Source: Candidatus Latescibacterota bacterium
Lineage (GTDB): Bacteria > Latescibacterota > UBA2968 > GCA-2709665
Length of the DNA: 64,000 nt
Assembly: GCA_965226795.1 (NCBI GenBank)
Contig: CBDDDZ010000005.1
Coordinates: 2,336,001 to 2,400,000 of the forward strand
Direction of reading: 5' to 3'
How positions within the stretch are numbered: position 1 is the first letter of the stretch; every line of letters starts with the position of its first letter. A program made the translations under genes and the position numbers. The notes under the pieces are model-generated. The model was not told where the DNA came from. It saw only the letters and a program-made list of their open reading frames with translations, and ran no database searches. Positions 38,677 to 48,823 of the stretch are shown piece after piece.

Positions 38677-39447
38677 TTAAAAGAAAAAATCGTCTTCCTC
38701 ATCCGCGGCGCCGGACTGTTCATCGAACCAGGACCGGAACGCCTCTTCCGACTCCACCGTCAACTGCCCGCGCATGCGATAGTGCCCCAGACCGCACAAT
38801 TGAGCGCACGCGATGTCAAATGTACCGGCCTTTGTTGCCTCGAACCAGATCTTGATGTCCTGACCGGGAATCGCGTCTTGCGTCAATCGCATCACCGGGA
38901 TCTTGAAGCTGTGAATGACATCCTTCGACGAGATATGCGCAATTACGGGCTTGTCCTTCACAATATGCAGGTTGTTGATGGCATTGAAATCGTCCTTGCC
39001 GTTCGGATCGTCCGGATCCAGCCCCAACAGATTGTCGGCGCGCACCAACTGCGGCGCCGTCCGTCCGAAAATTCCGTCTTTCCCTGAATAGTGGATATTC
39101 CATGCAAATTGCTCGGGCACCACCCGCACGACCAGTGCGTCGGATTCGTCGGGAAACGCATGTTTGAAATCCGCCCAGAGCGGCATGGAGAGTCCGATAA
39201 GCAGCACGGCCTCGACGACGATTACGCCGACCTCCACGTATTTGGCGAGTTTCCCCTTCACGGGATGATAGGTCGCCGAAGGGTGTGTCCTCCTCCGATA
39301 ACGGATAAGGCAATAGACGAAGAAGACCCCCCAACCCAGAAACAGCGCCACCATAAAGACATGCAGCCAATTGATCAGCCAATCCACGGTCGCCCCGTGG
39401 GTTGAGATATCAATTGGCAGCCAGTAACCGTACACCTTTTCTTGCAT
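38677..39447 (-). CDS. ctaC: Cytochrome c oxidase subunit II (CuA)
   Basis: DVIHSF, CAQLCGLGHYRM. Confidence 0.94.
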   Translation of the reverse strand: MQEKVYGYWLPIDISTHGATVDWLINWLHVFMVALFLGWGVFFVYCLIRYRRRTHPSATYHPVKGKLAKYVEVGVIVVEAVLLIGLSMPLWADFKHAFPDESDALVVRVVPEQFAWNIHYSGKDGIFGRTAPQLVRADNLLGLDPDDPNGKDDFNAINNLHIVKDKPVIAHISSKDVIHSFKIPVMRLTQDAIPGQDIKIWFEATKAGTFDIACAQLCGLGHYRMRGQLTVESEEAFRSWFDEQSGAADEEDDFFF

Positions 39448-39519
39448 TCGGGACCCCTCCCGTATTGTCGCTGGGCGGACCGGATAATCCGACCGCGCTG
39501 TCACTCCGACGATGTGTGC

Positions 39520-40269
39520 CTATTTTCTTGGCTTTCTCGGCTTGATTTTGAACATGAAATCCAGGGTTTTGGACTCGCCTTCGGCGACCGTGATCTCCTC
39601 GGTCATCGTGCCAAGCCGCTCGCTTTCGTGCCACGCCTCGACAGTATATGTGCCCGCGGGCAACCCCGAGATGTCGAATTTGCCGCCCTCTCCGCTGACA
39701 GCGAAGAACGGATGTTCCATCACACCTATATAGGACTGCATCCAGGGATGTACGTCGCATTTGACCGGTATCATTACCTCGGGATTCGCGAACGAAATCG
39801 TGGTCTTTTTCAAAAATTTCGGCATCGCTCTATTGACTTCGGCGGAGTTCTGCGGCTTCGGATGGATGTTGTGGAGAGTCCCGTCGCTGTTCAACACCGT
39901 AATCGACTGTCCTGCCATAACGCCCAGGACGTGGGGTTTGTATACGCAACCGTGCTGATCCAGGACGGCGCCCTCGGAGGGCGTGTCGAACTTCGTGCCC
40001 TCCAACCCCTTCTTGACGTAAACAAACACGTTGTGCAGACCACCGTCGTCCTCGACCACAACGACCTCGCTAAATGCCGGCCCGTCGGCGTGTTTTCCCG
40101 CGCAGACCGGATCGGCCGCCATCTGTATTTTCTTGCGGCCCGGCTTCTTGCCGCCCGGAAACTCCAGTTTGATGGTTCCGGAAACCGTCGCGCCCGCCAA
40201 CGCGTCGCCAGACGCGAAACAGGCGAAACCCAGCGTAATGAGCGTTGCGACAATCCCACGTTGTTTCAT
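39520..40269 (-). CDS. Exported cupredoxin-like/carboxypeptidase-regulatory-like domain protein
   Basis: Signal peptide; LDQHGCVYKPH, HNIH, KCDVHPWM, PAGTYTVEAWHE. Confidence 0.8.
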   Translation of the reverse strand: MKQRGIVATLITLGFACFASGDALAGATVSGTIKLEFPGGKKPGRKKIQMAADPVCAGKHADGPAFSEVVVVEDDGGLHNVFVYVKKGLEGTKFDTPSEGAVLDQHGCVYKPHVLGVMAGQSITVLNSDGTLHNIHPKPQNSAEVNRAMPKFLKKTTISFANPEVMIPVKCDVHPWMQSYIGVMEHPFFAVSGEGGKFDISGLPAGTYTVEAWHESERLGTMTEEITVAEGESKTLDFMFKIKPRKPRK

Positions 40270-40369
40270 TGTTATATCCCCTCTCTTCCGTTATCGATTG
40301 ATACTACGCCCGACGCGCCGGCGGCCATTCCCTCTCTGTTTTCAATACTGTAGAAACCCGAAGTTCCAA

Positions 40370-43300
40370 CTATCGCCTGGTCAACCGGGCATCCTGGTGC
40401 AAGCCGTAGATGATGTAGTCGGTGACCGCCTGGATGACCACGTCGGTCGGCAACACGAGCAGGCCATCCTCCGGCTTGACCCCTTCGGGCAGCTTCAGAT
40501 AGGCGGCCATCTCCTCTGGAAGGTATGTCATTTCGTCACCGAAAAACGTGGGCATTTTGGTGCCCGGCTGAATCTTCTGCGGATCCCACAACCAGTCCCG
40601 GATCCACGCCGGTTTCAGCCGCTCCCTCGCCAGCTTCAGGTCGGGCGCCCAGCTTGCCGGGTCGCCCCTGGGCTTGATATCGCCCTGCTGGTGACAGGTG
40701 AAGCAGTTGTAAATGTCCTCGCTGAACAGCTTTTTTGCGCCGCTCATCTCCTTTGGACTCAACCGCTTATGCACAAACGTCGCGTAAGGAAACTGCTCCT
40801 TGTCCAAACGGGAGAAATAGGTAACCAGATCGATGGCCTGCTGGTCTTCGAATCCGAACGTGGGCATCCGCGTCTCGAGCCACGGACGGATAGGCTCCAC
40901 GTTCTTCAGGAAAGCGAAGAACCAGTCCGGCTGAACTTTCCTGCCCTCGCTGTCCAGGACCGGCGGCACGAAACCCACGGCGTCGGAGGCGGAAACATCC
41001 TCAGCCCCGTAAGCCTCCACCAGCGGATCCCGGATCGCCCCGCCCTGATTCTCCACGACGTGGCAACCCTTACAATTCCTGTCGTAAACCAGCCAGCGGC
41101 CCTTCTCGATATCGACTTCCTCGGGTGCCAGGCGTTTGACAGCGTCGGCGCCCACCTGGGTCCTGTTCATGCTCAGTAGCGCCGTCGTTACCGCGTGCGC
41201 GTCCTCATCGCTCAGGCCGAACTGGGGCATACGCAGCTTATCGTCGAACAGCTTCACCTTGCCCTTATCGAAGACCCGGGGTTGTTTGAGCTTCTTGAAG
41301 AACCAGTCATGGCGGGTATAGGGAATGGCGTCGGGATCGGTGATGTCGGAACCATGCTTCCTGGTCAGCAGACCGAAATCCAGCTTGTCCACGTCCTTGC
41401 TGCCTTCCTCGGTCAGTTCCGTGCCGATGGGCGAGACATCCTCGAATCCCGCAATGAGGTGGCATCCGAAACAGCCCTGCCGGGAGATAATCTTCTCGCC
41501 CAGCCAGATGTCCCGCTCATGACTCGACATCTGAGCCAGTTGCTCCTTCGCGGTCTTCACGGGCAGCCGGCCTCGCAGGTAGTTCAGGACCAGGTCGTCG
41601 CGCACCTGCGGGTCCACCGGCGCCACCTGTCGGGCTTCAAAGTCCGTATTCCTAAGCGTGAGCAGATAGGCCGCAATGTCGGCGGCCTCCCGGTCGGTCA
41701 ACCGCAGATTCGGCATCCGGGTATCCGGGAAATAGGCCGTTGGATCCTTCAGCCACGCGAACAGCCAGCCCGCAGAAAGTTTACTTCCCACGCCGTTCAG
41801 GTTAGGGCCGAAATTCCGCAGCCCGTATTCCTGGCCCAACTGATCGTCCGCACCCACTACATGGCAGGCCTTGCAGCCCACCATTTCGACGAGGCGCTCG
41901 CCCCGCCCGGGGTCGCGCGGCACCGGAGGCGCGGGGTATGCGGGCCGCTCGGATTTCTCGAAAATATACGACACGACAGCGTTGACCGCGGCCGTATTGC
42001 GCGCGATATCCTCAGGTCCGCTAACGTTGGACAGATCGAAAATCTTGGGCATCTTGGTGGAAGGGCGGAACCCCTTCGGATCACGCACCCACTTAAGGAC
42101 CCAATCGCGATCCAGTTTGCCGGCCGCCTTTCGAAGATCCGGACCGACCCCGCGCAGATCCTGCAGCGTATGTTTTTCGATCTTGTGGCAGCCGTGACAG
42201 CCCAGCGTGCGCACGAGATGGATACCGCGATTCAGTCGATCACCTTGCGGGACATCCACAACGCCTGTGTGGCACTGCGCACACGTCGACTCGACGTAGC
42301 GACTGGGCAGCATCGGGTGGTCCCAGTATTTCATCCTCTTCCAGCCGTACAGCTTTTTCCAGCGGGCGGCCTCGACGTCGTCGCTTGGAGTATGGGCCGT
42401 ATTCTTGAACGTCACCCCCCGGTCGCGGCCGAGATGACAGGTGGTGCACCCCGACTCATCGATCGGATGGGGTGAGCCGTTGCTCAGGAAAAGGTCCAGC
42501 CTGGGGTGTGTGGCAAATGCCCGTACGCGGCCAAGCCGAATGTCTTCGTCCGCGTAGGCTTTTTCCATGTAAGTCCTGAGTGTCTCGTCCTCGAACCAGC
42601 CGGTTTCCGGATCGAGCTCGTATCCCGGACGATCGATGTTCAGATGGCACGTGGTACACCGGTCGACCCGGGGAACCCTGGTAAAGTTGAGTTCGTTTCT
42701 GAGTTCGGCCAGTACGACCTGCCGGACCTTTATGGACGGATCGATAAAGTCGACCATCGGCAGGTTTCGAAAAACGTTGGGAAAACTGGGTACAAGCCCC
42801 GTCAGTTTGCGCCTCAGATTTTCTTCATCCTTGCGCAACGAGCGCCGCCTTGACTCCAGCGCCTGCCGCTGCCCCGCCACCGCGTCGATGATCTTCTGCT
42901 GCGCCGCCTGCTTTTCCTCCACAGCCTCCCTGGCCAGCCGTAATTCGTAGATCTGGGCCTCCTGCGCCTCCATCTCGGCCTTTTTCTTCGCCGCCGTTTC
43001 CCCGTGCCCGGCTTTCGCCGCGTCTTCATACTCAAACTTCACCACGTCGTATTGCGCCTTTTCGAACTTGAGCTCCTGATCGGCGCCGTACCATTCCGCC
43101 TGCGTGAGCCGTTTCAACTCGCTCTGCGCCGTGTCGTATCTTTCCTGATGTGCCAGGATCGCGGCCTCGATCCCCGTGAGTTCGTCCTCAATCGCCTTCA
43201 GGGCATCCTGATCGATGTTCTCCTGAGCCGATCTGATTTCCGCCTCCGTCTTATAGGCCTCCAGCGCCATCGCTTCCTTCTGTATGCCCTTCCACTCCCG

Positions 43301-43423
43301 GTCGTAGTCGTCCCAGACCATCCAGAGCACGGCAACAACCAGCACCACGCTGGACAGGGCGAAAATCATGTTTAATTTATCTACATTGTAGACAAAGTCT
43401 ATGAAGCGCTTCGGCTCATTCAT
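40370..43423 (-). CDS. Membrane-anchored octaheme cytochrome c with coiled coil
   Basis: Eight CxxCH (CTTCH x2, CAQCH, CHGCH, CKACH, CFGCH, CKGCH, CFTCH); N-terminal TM helix. Confidence 0.92.
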   Translation of the reverse strand: MNEPKRFIDFVYNVDKLNMIFALSSVVLVVAVLWMVWDDYDREWKGIQKEAMALEAYKTEAEIRSAQENIDQDALKAIEDELTGIEAAILAHQERYDTAQSELKRLTQAEWYGADQELKFEKAQYDVVKFEYEDAAKAGHGETAAKKKAEMEAQEAQIYELRLAREAVEEKQAAQQKIIDAVAGQRQALESRRRSLRKDEENLRRKLTGLVPSFPNVFRNLPMVDFIDPSIKVRQVVLAELRNELNFTRVPRVDRCTTCHLNIDRPGYELDPETGWFEDETLRTYMEKAYADEDIRLGRVRAFATHPRLDLFLSNGSPHPIDESGCTTCHLGRDRGVTFKNTAHTPSDDVEAARWKKLYGWKRMKYWDHPMLPSRYVESTCAQCHTGVVDVPQGDRLNRGIHLVRTLGCHGCHKIEKHTLQDLRGVGPDLRKAAGKLDRDWVLKWVRDPKGFRPSTKMPKIFDLSNVSGPEDIARNTAAVNAVVSYIFEKSERPAYPAPPVPRDPGRGERLVEMVGCKACHVVGADDQLGQEYGLRNFGPNLNGVGSKLSAGWLFAWLKDPTAYFPDTRMPNLRLTDREAADIAAYLLTLRNTDFEARQVAPVDPQVRDDLVLNYLRGRLPVKTAKEQLAQMSSHERDIWLGEKIISRQGCFGCHLIAGFEDVSPIGTELTEEGSKDVDKLDFGLLTRKHGSDITDPDAIPYTRHDWFFKKLKQPRVFDKGKVKLFDDKLRMPQFGLSDEDAHAVTTALLSMNRTQVGADAVKRLAPEEVDIEKGRWLVYDRNCKGCHVVENQGGAIRDPLVEAYGAEDVSASDAVGFVPPVLDSEGRKVQPDWFFAFLKNVEPIRPWLETRMPTFGFEDQQAIDLVTYFSRLDKEQFPYATFVHKRLSPKEMSGAKKLFSEDIYNCFTCHQQGDIKPRGDPASWAPDLKLARERLKPAWIRDWLWDPQKIQPGTKMPTFFGDEMTYLPEEMAAYLKLPEGVKPEDGLLVLPTDVVIQAVTDYIIYGLHQDARLTRR

Positions 43424-43529
43424 CGAACGGCTCCAGAGAGGCGGCATTCACCAGAACAACCGGAGTCCTTCAACCCTTTCAGATATTCCTTAGCAGGCTG
43501 CAGCGGCGCCGGAAAACAGAAAAGAACCC

Positions 43530-44606
43530 TCAGATATTGAAAAAATATTCTGGAATGGCGACGATGTATTTCAGGTTGAAAAGCCAGCGAAGCAACATCT
43601 TAATGGGGAGGGCGACCATGCAGAGGAAGAATAAGATCATCACGCTATAGCGGGCGAATCCCATGGTCTTGTAGAATTCCTTGAACACAGTTTGCGCCAG
43701 TACAGGCGGCGGCACCAGAAAATACAGGATAACCAGCAGGAAGCCCCATATTTCGCGCGTCAACCAGAAGGATGGCAAACCCGTGCCCAGCCATTGGACG
43801 TAGATATATTCCGACAGATTGACGTTGACCAGCGCTACCAGTTTGTGTACGTCCCAGAATTCGTAGGGCCCGAAAAAGTTCCAGTTCGGTCCGCGCAGAA
43901 ACGTACCGATCATGATCAGCATCACCCACAACACCACAAAACCGAACAGAAACACCGTAATGGCGAACCGGCGTTCCTTGAACGTGTAGTAGCCGAGTCC
44001 CTTGGAATTCCGATCGATATAAGGAATCGCCATGAGACCCACAATAACAAGGGTGGGTAGAACAACCCCGGCGATCCATGGATCGTAATAAACCAGCATT
44101 TCCTGCAGTCCCAGGAAATACCAGGGCGCCTTGGAAGGATTGGGGGTTTTCGCGGGGTTGGCCGGCTCTTCGATAGGCGCCTTGATGAGCACGGACCAGA
44201 GAATCAGGAAGACCGTGGCAAGGGTCAGGCAGATCAACTCCGTGTAGACCAGATGGGGCCAAGTGAGAACCTTCTCTTTGAATTCGGCTTTCTCAACCGG
44301 TCCCTCGCCCCGTGCGATTCGCTCGTCGTTGTCGTACCCCTGCTTCAGGGCGTACCACACGAAAAAACCGACCAGGAACAGCAACATGACAATTGGGATA
44401 TTGTCGCCCTTGGTCACGATGATACGGAAATTCTCATCCTGAAAGCTTACCACGAAGAATACGATCGAGGCGATGAGAGCGAGGAGACCAAACCGGACGG
44501 TCCAGACCCAGCGGGTACGCAAAGCCAGAATAAAAAGAACGGCAAACAGCGGCAGGAAATATTGAGGCGTGAGAAGCCAGTTAACGAAGCCCTTGAGAAC
44601 GTCCAT
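43530..44606 (-). CDS. Cytochrome b subunit IV-like membrane protein (extended)
   Basis: TWPHLV, EEPANPAKTPNPSKAPWYFLGLQE, IPYIDR. Confidence 0.85.
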   Translation of the reverse strand: MDVLKGFVNWLLTPQYFLPLFAVLFILALRTRWVWTVRFGLLALIASIVFFVVSFQDENFRIIVTKGDNIPIVMLLFLVGFFVWYALKQGYDNDERIARGEGPVEKAEFKEKVLTWPHLVYTELICLTLATVFLILWSVLIKAPIEEPANPAKTPNPSKAPWYFLGLQEMLVYYDPWIAGVVLPTLVIVGLMAIPYIDRNSKGLGYYTFKERRFAITVFLFGFVVLWVMLIMIGTFLRGPNWNFFGPYEFWDVHKLVALVNVNLSEYIYVQWLGTGLPSFWLTREIWGFLLVILYFLVPPPVLAQTVFKEFYKTMGFARYSVMILFFLCMVALPIKMLLRWLFNLKYIVAIPEYFFNI

Positions 44607-44651
44607 CGTCTTCCTCGATGATTCCGCAAATCGGCCAGGCGGAGGCCGTTT

Positions 44652-45437
44652 CTACATCGGCCCGGAGATCCCGCCGTCTTTTCGGACCCGCCAGAAGTGA
44701 ACGGCCATTAATACAGCCGCTACAAACGGGATGAACAGACAATGCAGGACATAGAACCTCAGCAGCGCGCCCTCCCCGACAAACCGGCCCCCCAACAGCG
44801 CGAATCGGGCATCGTTGCCGGCGTGGACCAGGTTGATATCGCCAAGCATAAGGAACGCCGCTCCTGGCCCCTCGTGCCCGAGAAAAGGCGTTGCCCGCGC
44901 CATATTCGATCCTACAGTAATGGCCCAGATGGCAAGCTGGTCCCAGGGCAACAGATACCCGGTAAAGCTCAGCAGCAACGTGAGAAGAAGCAGTATGACG
45001 CCAATCGCCCAGTTGAACTCCCGTGGAGGCTTATAGGAACCCGTCATAAACACGCGCAACATGTGCAGCCAGACCGTGATAATCATCGCGTGGGCGCCCC
45101 ACCGGTGAATCTCCCGCATGATACCCAGCGGCACCTGCTCGCCCAGGTCGATGATGTCGGTGTAGGCGTACTCGAGTGTGGGCCGGTAGTAAAACATGAG
45201 CAGAATGCCGGTGATGGTCTCAATCAGGAAAATAAAAAAGGTGAGCCCGCCCATACACCACGTGTAGCGCACCCGGATACCTGATTTCGGGGTCCGAACG
45301 GGATGCAGGTGCAGAAATACATTGGTCAACACCACCTGCGCGCGGCCGCGTTCGTCTCTCGGCACGTCGTGCCTGAAGATGGACTTCCAGATCTGAGAGC
45401 GTTTGGTCCGGTCCAGGAGGCCGGAAATCTTCGGCAT
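44652..45437 (-). CDS. petB: Cytochrome b6-type N-terminal subunit
   Basis: [39 protein letters not shown]. Confidence 0.92.
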   Translation of the reverse strand: MPKISGLLDRTKRSQIWKSIFRHDVPRDERGRAQVVLTNVFLHLHPVRTPKSGIRVRYTWCMGGLTFFIFLIETITGILLMFYYRPTLEYAYTDIIDLGEQVPLGIMREIHRWGAHAMIITVWLHMLRVFMTGSYKPPREFNWAIGVILLLLTLLLSFTGYLLPWDQLAIWAITVGSNMARATPFLGHEGPGAAFLMLGDINLVHAGNDARFALLGGRFVGEGALLRFYVLHCLFIPFVAAVLMAVHFWRVRKDGGISGPM

Positions 45438-45519
45438 ACCGTGTTCTCCCGATTGTCGCGCAATCCCGTAACTGACAGAATTAATCTTGTAAACGCCGCA
45501 ACCGACGCCAGGTTGCCAG

Positions 45520-46452
45520 TTAGATCCGCAAAAAGGATTCCGGGTTGTCCCAGTGACCCTTCTCGTACTGGAACTTCCGGGTTTTGTCCACCAGCACCTG
45601 GCCATCCTCAGCCAGTACGATGCGGGCCCTTTCGAGCGGCCGCGGCGCCGGCCCCTCGAAATTAATGCCGGTCATATAAAAACCACTGCCGTGACACGGA
45701 CACTTGAATTTCTTTTCGTTGCCCAGCCAGTTGGGCGTGCAACCCAGATGGGTGCACACCGAAATGAGGGCGAACATATCCTGCGTGGACTTGACAATCC
45801 AGACGCTGAACTTGTCCTTCCAGCGTTCATCCACGCCCAGGTCGTAATCTTCCGGAAATCCGATCGTGAAAGACTGAGGGGGCTCGAAAAGGACATTCGG
45901 AAACAGGAAGCGCGCAAACCCCAGGAGCCCAGCCGCGGACGCGGCCGCAAACGCCGCCCAGGCCAGGGTCAACCACGTAAAAAACCCCCGGCGGGTGGTC
46001 ATGCCACCTTCGGCGACGGCCCGTGTTCTTTCCGGTCCTGGTCGGATTGCGGGCGGAGCCGGCGAGGTCTGCACGATCACGCGCTCTTCGGCCGGCGCAT
46101 CCGTTTTTTGCGTTAACGCCCGGGCGGCAGCGGCCCGGGCTGCCGTGGACGCGGCCTTTTTCGCGGGCGCGCCGGCTGGCGCCGCTCCACCACCCCCGCG
46201 CGCCTTTCGCATCAACTCGGCCTTGGCCTTTGCACGGGCAACGCGATCCTGGATCTCGTTCAGCGACGAAAGATCGACTTCGGCCTCACCGGAACCGCCC
46301 CCCGATTCGTCCGTAGCCTTCCCGGAAGCTCCCTCTGCCGGCGTTGCCGCGGCCTCTCTGGCCTTGCGCATCGCTTCCGCCTTGGCCCTGGCCCTGGCTA
46401 CCCGATCCGGAATTTCGTCGAATTCCGAGAGATCGATATTTTCTTCCGACAT
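45520..46452 (-). CDS. Rieske Fe-S subunit with long N-terminal extension
   Basis: TTRRGFF Tat-like motif, CTHLGC, CPCHGS, GPAPRPL. Confidence 0.93.
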   Translation of the reverse strand: MSEENIDLSEFDEIPDRVARARAKAEAMRKAREAAATPAEGASGKATDESGGGSGEAEVDLSSLNEIQDRVARAKAKAELMRKARGGGGAAPAGAPAKKAASTAARAAAARALTQKTDAPAEERVIVQTSPAPPAIRPGPERTRAVAEGGMTTRRGFFTWLTLAWAAFAAASAAGLLGFARFLFPNVLFEPPQSFTIGFPEDYDLGVDERWKDKFSVWIVKSTQDMFALISVCTHLGCTPNWLGNEKKFKCPCHGSGFYMTGINFEGPAPRPLERARIVLAEDGQVLVDKTRKFQYEKGHWDNPESFLRI

Positions 46453-46706
46453 GGAAAACCCCAGAAACCGGTCACCTGGTTTTCGAACCGAAACTCTTTA
46501 GGACTATATAATCGTATAAGTTAATGAAATACCGGAAATTGAACCACTTACAAGCCCACAGACACCCGGCCAATATATCGAAACAACCCCGGATTGTCAA
46601 GCTGGATTTTCTGTAGATTCGCACCCTCCTGGGAGAACAGGCGAGGGATCCGACGCGCGCCTGAAAGGGCGGGATCCCTCGCTGAATATCCATCGATTCA
46701 TGCGGC

Positions 46707-47615
46707 TCATTTCTCCCCCCATTCATTCAGGACTTCAATGGCCGCCTGCCTGACCCGCAGGTCCGGATCCTGCTGGCGGAGTCGCTGCAGCGAGGGAGCC
46801 AGGGACCTGGCGTCCAGAATGCCCACGGCCCTGATCGCTTCGACCAGAATATTACGCCGCCCCTCCCCGCTTATCCCATCGAAACCGTCCAGGTATCCCG
46901 GGCTAAGCATCTCACCCAGAACTTCAAAGCCCGCGATATTGCCGGCTGCCGCCAACTGCAGGGCGGCGTTCCAGCGAACGTCGGGTGCCCGGTCGTGAAG
47001 CGCCTGTTCGAGTGCCGGCGGCACTCGAGGGTCATCGAGACCCCCCAGTGCGTAAACCGCGGCTTTACGCAGGCCGGCATCGTCGCCGGACGCGATCCTT
47101 TTAAGGTTGGACACAGCGCTCGGGTCTCCCTGGGCCCTGAGCGAGAACATCGCGTTGATCCGGGTCTCGTCGTCGGGATCATCCAAAGCGGAAATCAGGA
47201 CACCGACAAGCTTGGGATCCTGCACCCTTCCCATTGCGGCAGCCAGGAACCGCCTCACGCGCGGGTCGTCCGAACGGGAAGCCTCAAACACGCGGATCAA
47301 CTCTCCAACGAACCTGCGGCCGATCCGACCCTCGCGCTTTTCCTTTTCGAGCACCGTGGCCAGTTCGTACGCCGCCTGCCAGCGGCTGTTGATGCCGCCG
47401 ACGCGAATCGTATTGAGATAGTCCTCCGCCGTTTTTTTCTCGGCCGTTAACAGCCCCAATCCCAGGTAGATTGCAAGCGCCACCAGGATAATGGCCACCG
47501 GAAAAATGACGAATTGGGAAACCAGCCTTGCCCGGGAGACTTCCGCGTCCGAAACCGGAGCGCTGGCATCTTCGGCGATTCTTCTGAGTTCCTCTTCGGG
47601 AGTCGGATGGTCCAT
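46707..47615 (-). CDS. Membrane-anchored HEAT-repeat protein
   Basis: TM helix followed by DDPRVRR, DDETRINA, DVRWNAA repeats. Confidence 0.85.
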   Translation of the reverse strand: MDHPTPEEELRRIAEDASAPVSDAEVSRARLVSQFVIFPVAIILVALAIYLGLGLLTAEKKTAEDYLNTIRVGGINSRWQAAYELATVLEKEKREGRIGRRFVGELIRVFEASRSDDPRVRRFLAAAMGRVQDPKLVGVLISALDDPDDETRINAMFSLRAQGDPSAVSNLKRIASGDDAGLRKAAVYALGGLDDPRVPPALEQALHDRAPDVRWNAALQLAAAGNIAGFEVLGEMLSPGYLDGFDGISGEGRRNILVEAIRAVGILDARSLAPSLQRLRQQDPDLRVRQAAIEVLNEWGEK

Positions 47616-47846
47616 TCGGCAACCTCTATCTTGAACAACGGCAAACGTTATCCCTGGAGTCGACGCGCGAAACCGCACGGTCCAATATATACAGAGGTGG
47701 CACGCGCTGTCAAGATTTTGGTCCTCGCCGAAGTTTGCCCGCCCCTGGCCCTTCGCCCTTGACAACCCTTAAGAAAGACCTTATTTTAGCGTCGGATCAT
47801 ACAAACCCTAATACACAAATTCCGCTCAACAGGAGATCTCGCCCCC

Positions 47847-48581
47847 GTGAACGTCGACCTTACCCAGTTTGACGGCATCACCGACCGGGTGGCGCGGGCA
47901 AGGGCCAAAGCCGAGGCCATGCGGAAAGCCAAGCAGGGCGCCGGGGACGCCGCGGAATCCGCACCCGAGGCGGCCGCCTCGGAACTGGAAACCGCACAGG
48001 CTTCCGTGGAGCCCGAAAAGGAGCCCGCTGGCCTTACCATTCTCGAATTCAGGCCCGGCATCCATTTCAAACTGAACGGACGGGCCGGCCGGACTGTGGG
48101 CATCCGTTATGACCTGGTCAGTTTCGTCTACGATGACGATCCGGACCAACTCGTCACCGCGGACCGATACCGCCTCAGCCACGCCCACGCCGAAGGTACG
48201 CTGGAATTCGCTCCGAAGTCGGAGGTCTACCGTCCTGAGCGATTCGCCAAAAAAGAACGCATCGACTTCCACGAACACCTCTGGCTGGAAACCCGCTCCG
48301 GCATGGCCTCCAAGAAGAGGCGGCCCCGGCATATCGCCATTATCAATCCGGACTATTGCACCGGTTGCAACGCCTGTATCGAGGTCTGTCCAACTGACTG
48401 TATCGAAGAAGTAGACGTGGCTGATGCCGGGCTGGACGGCATCGGTACTTTTTGTGAAGTCCGGCTCGAAGACTGCATCGGATGCATACAATGTGTACAT
48501 ATCTGCCCATGGGAAGCCATCGAAATGGTAGACACCCAGCGGGTTGAAGACGCATATGGCATTCCCGTCGGGACTTTGTAG
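47847..48581 (+). CDS. Dicluster 4Fe-4S ferredoxin-domain protein with N-terminal helical motif
   Basis: CTGCNACIEVCP and CIGCIQCVHICP; RBS AGGAG. Confidence 0.9.
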   Translation: MNVDLTQFDGITDRVARARAKAEAMRKAKQGAGDAAESAPEAAASELETAQASVEPEKEPAGLTILEFRPGIHFKLNGRAGRTVGIRYDLVSFVYDDDPDQLVTADRYRLSHAHAEGTLEFAPKSEVYRPERFAKKERIDFHEHLWLETRSGMASKKRRPRHIAIINPDYCTGCNACIEVCPTDCIEEVDVADAGLDGIGTFCEVRLEDCIGCIQCVHICPWEAIEMVDTQRVEDAYGIPVGTL

Positions 48582-48605
48582 ATCGTTATCGACCAAAGGT
48601 AAAAT

Positions 48606-48644
48606 AAAAGGAGCGTCAACCGGATCCGGTTGACGCTCCTTTTT
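48606..48644. terminator. Bidirectional intrinsic terminator
   Basis: Perfect palindrome AAAAGGAGCGTCAACCGGATCCGGTTGACGCTCCTTTT between convergent genes. Confidence 0.85.
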
Positions 48645-48823
48645 GTGGTGTGGAATACCGGGGCTGCCAGGCTGTGCGTGATGCCGTCGGTTTGTGATCC
48701 CCCGCTATACCGGTCCGTATTGTCGCGCCTCCGACAACTGGCATCAACTGCGGCATTTCGCCGAATATCGAGAGGAATCGCGAGATCAATCCATATCATA
48801 ATAACGGCTTGCGCCGCATACCG

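Noticed and set aside
37954..42475. Long + strand ORFs opposite the respiratory genes
   Set aside because: Antisense shadows of high-GC coding sequence with no motifs
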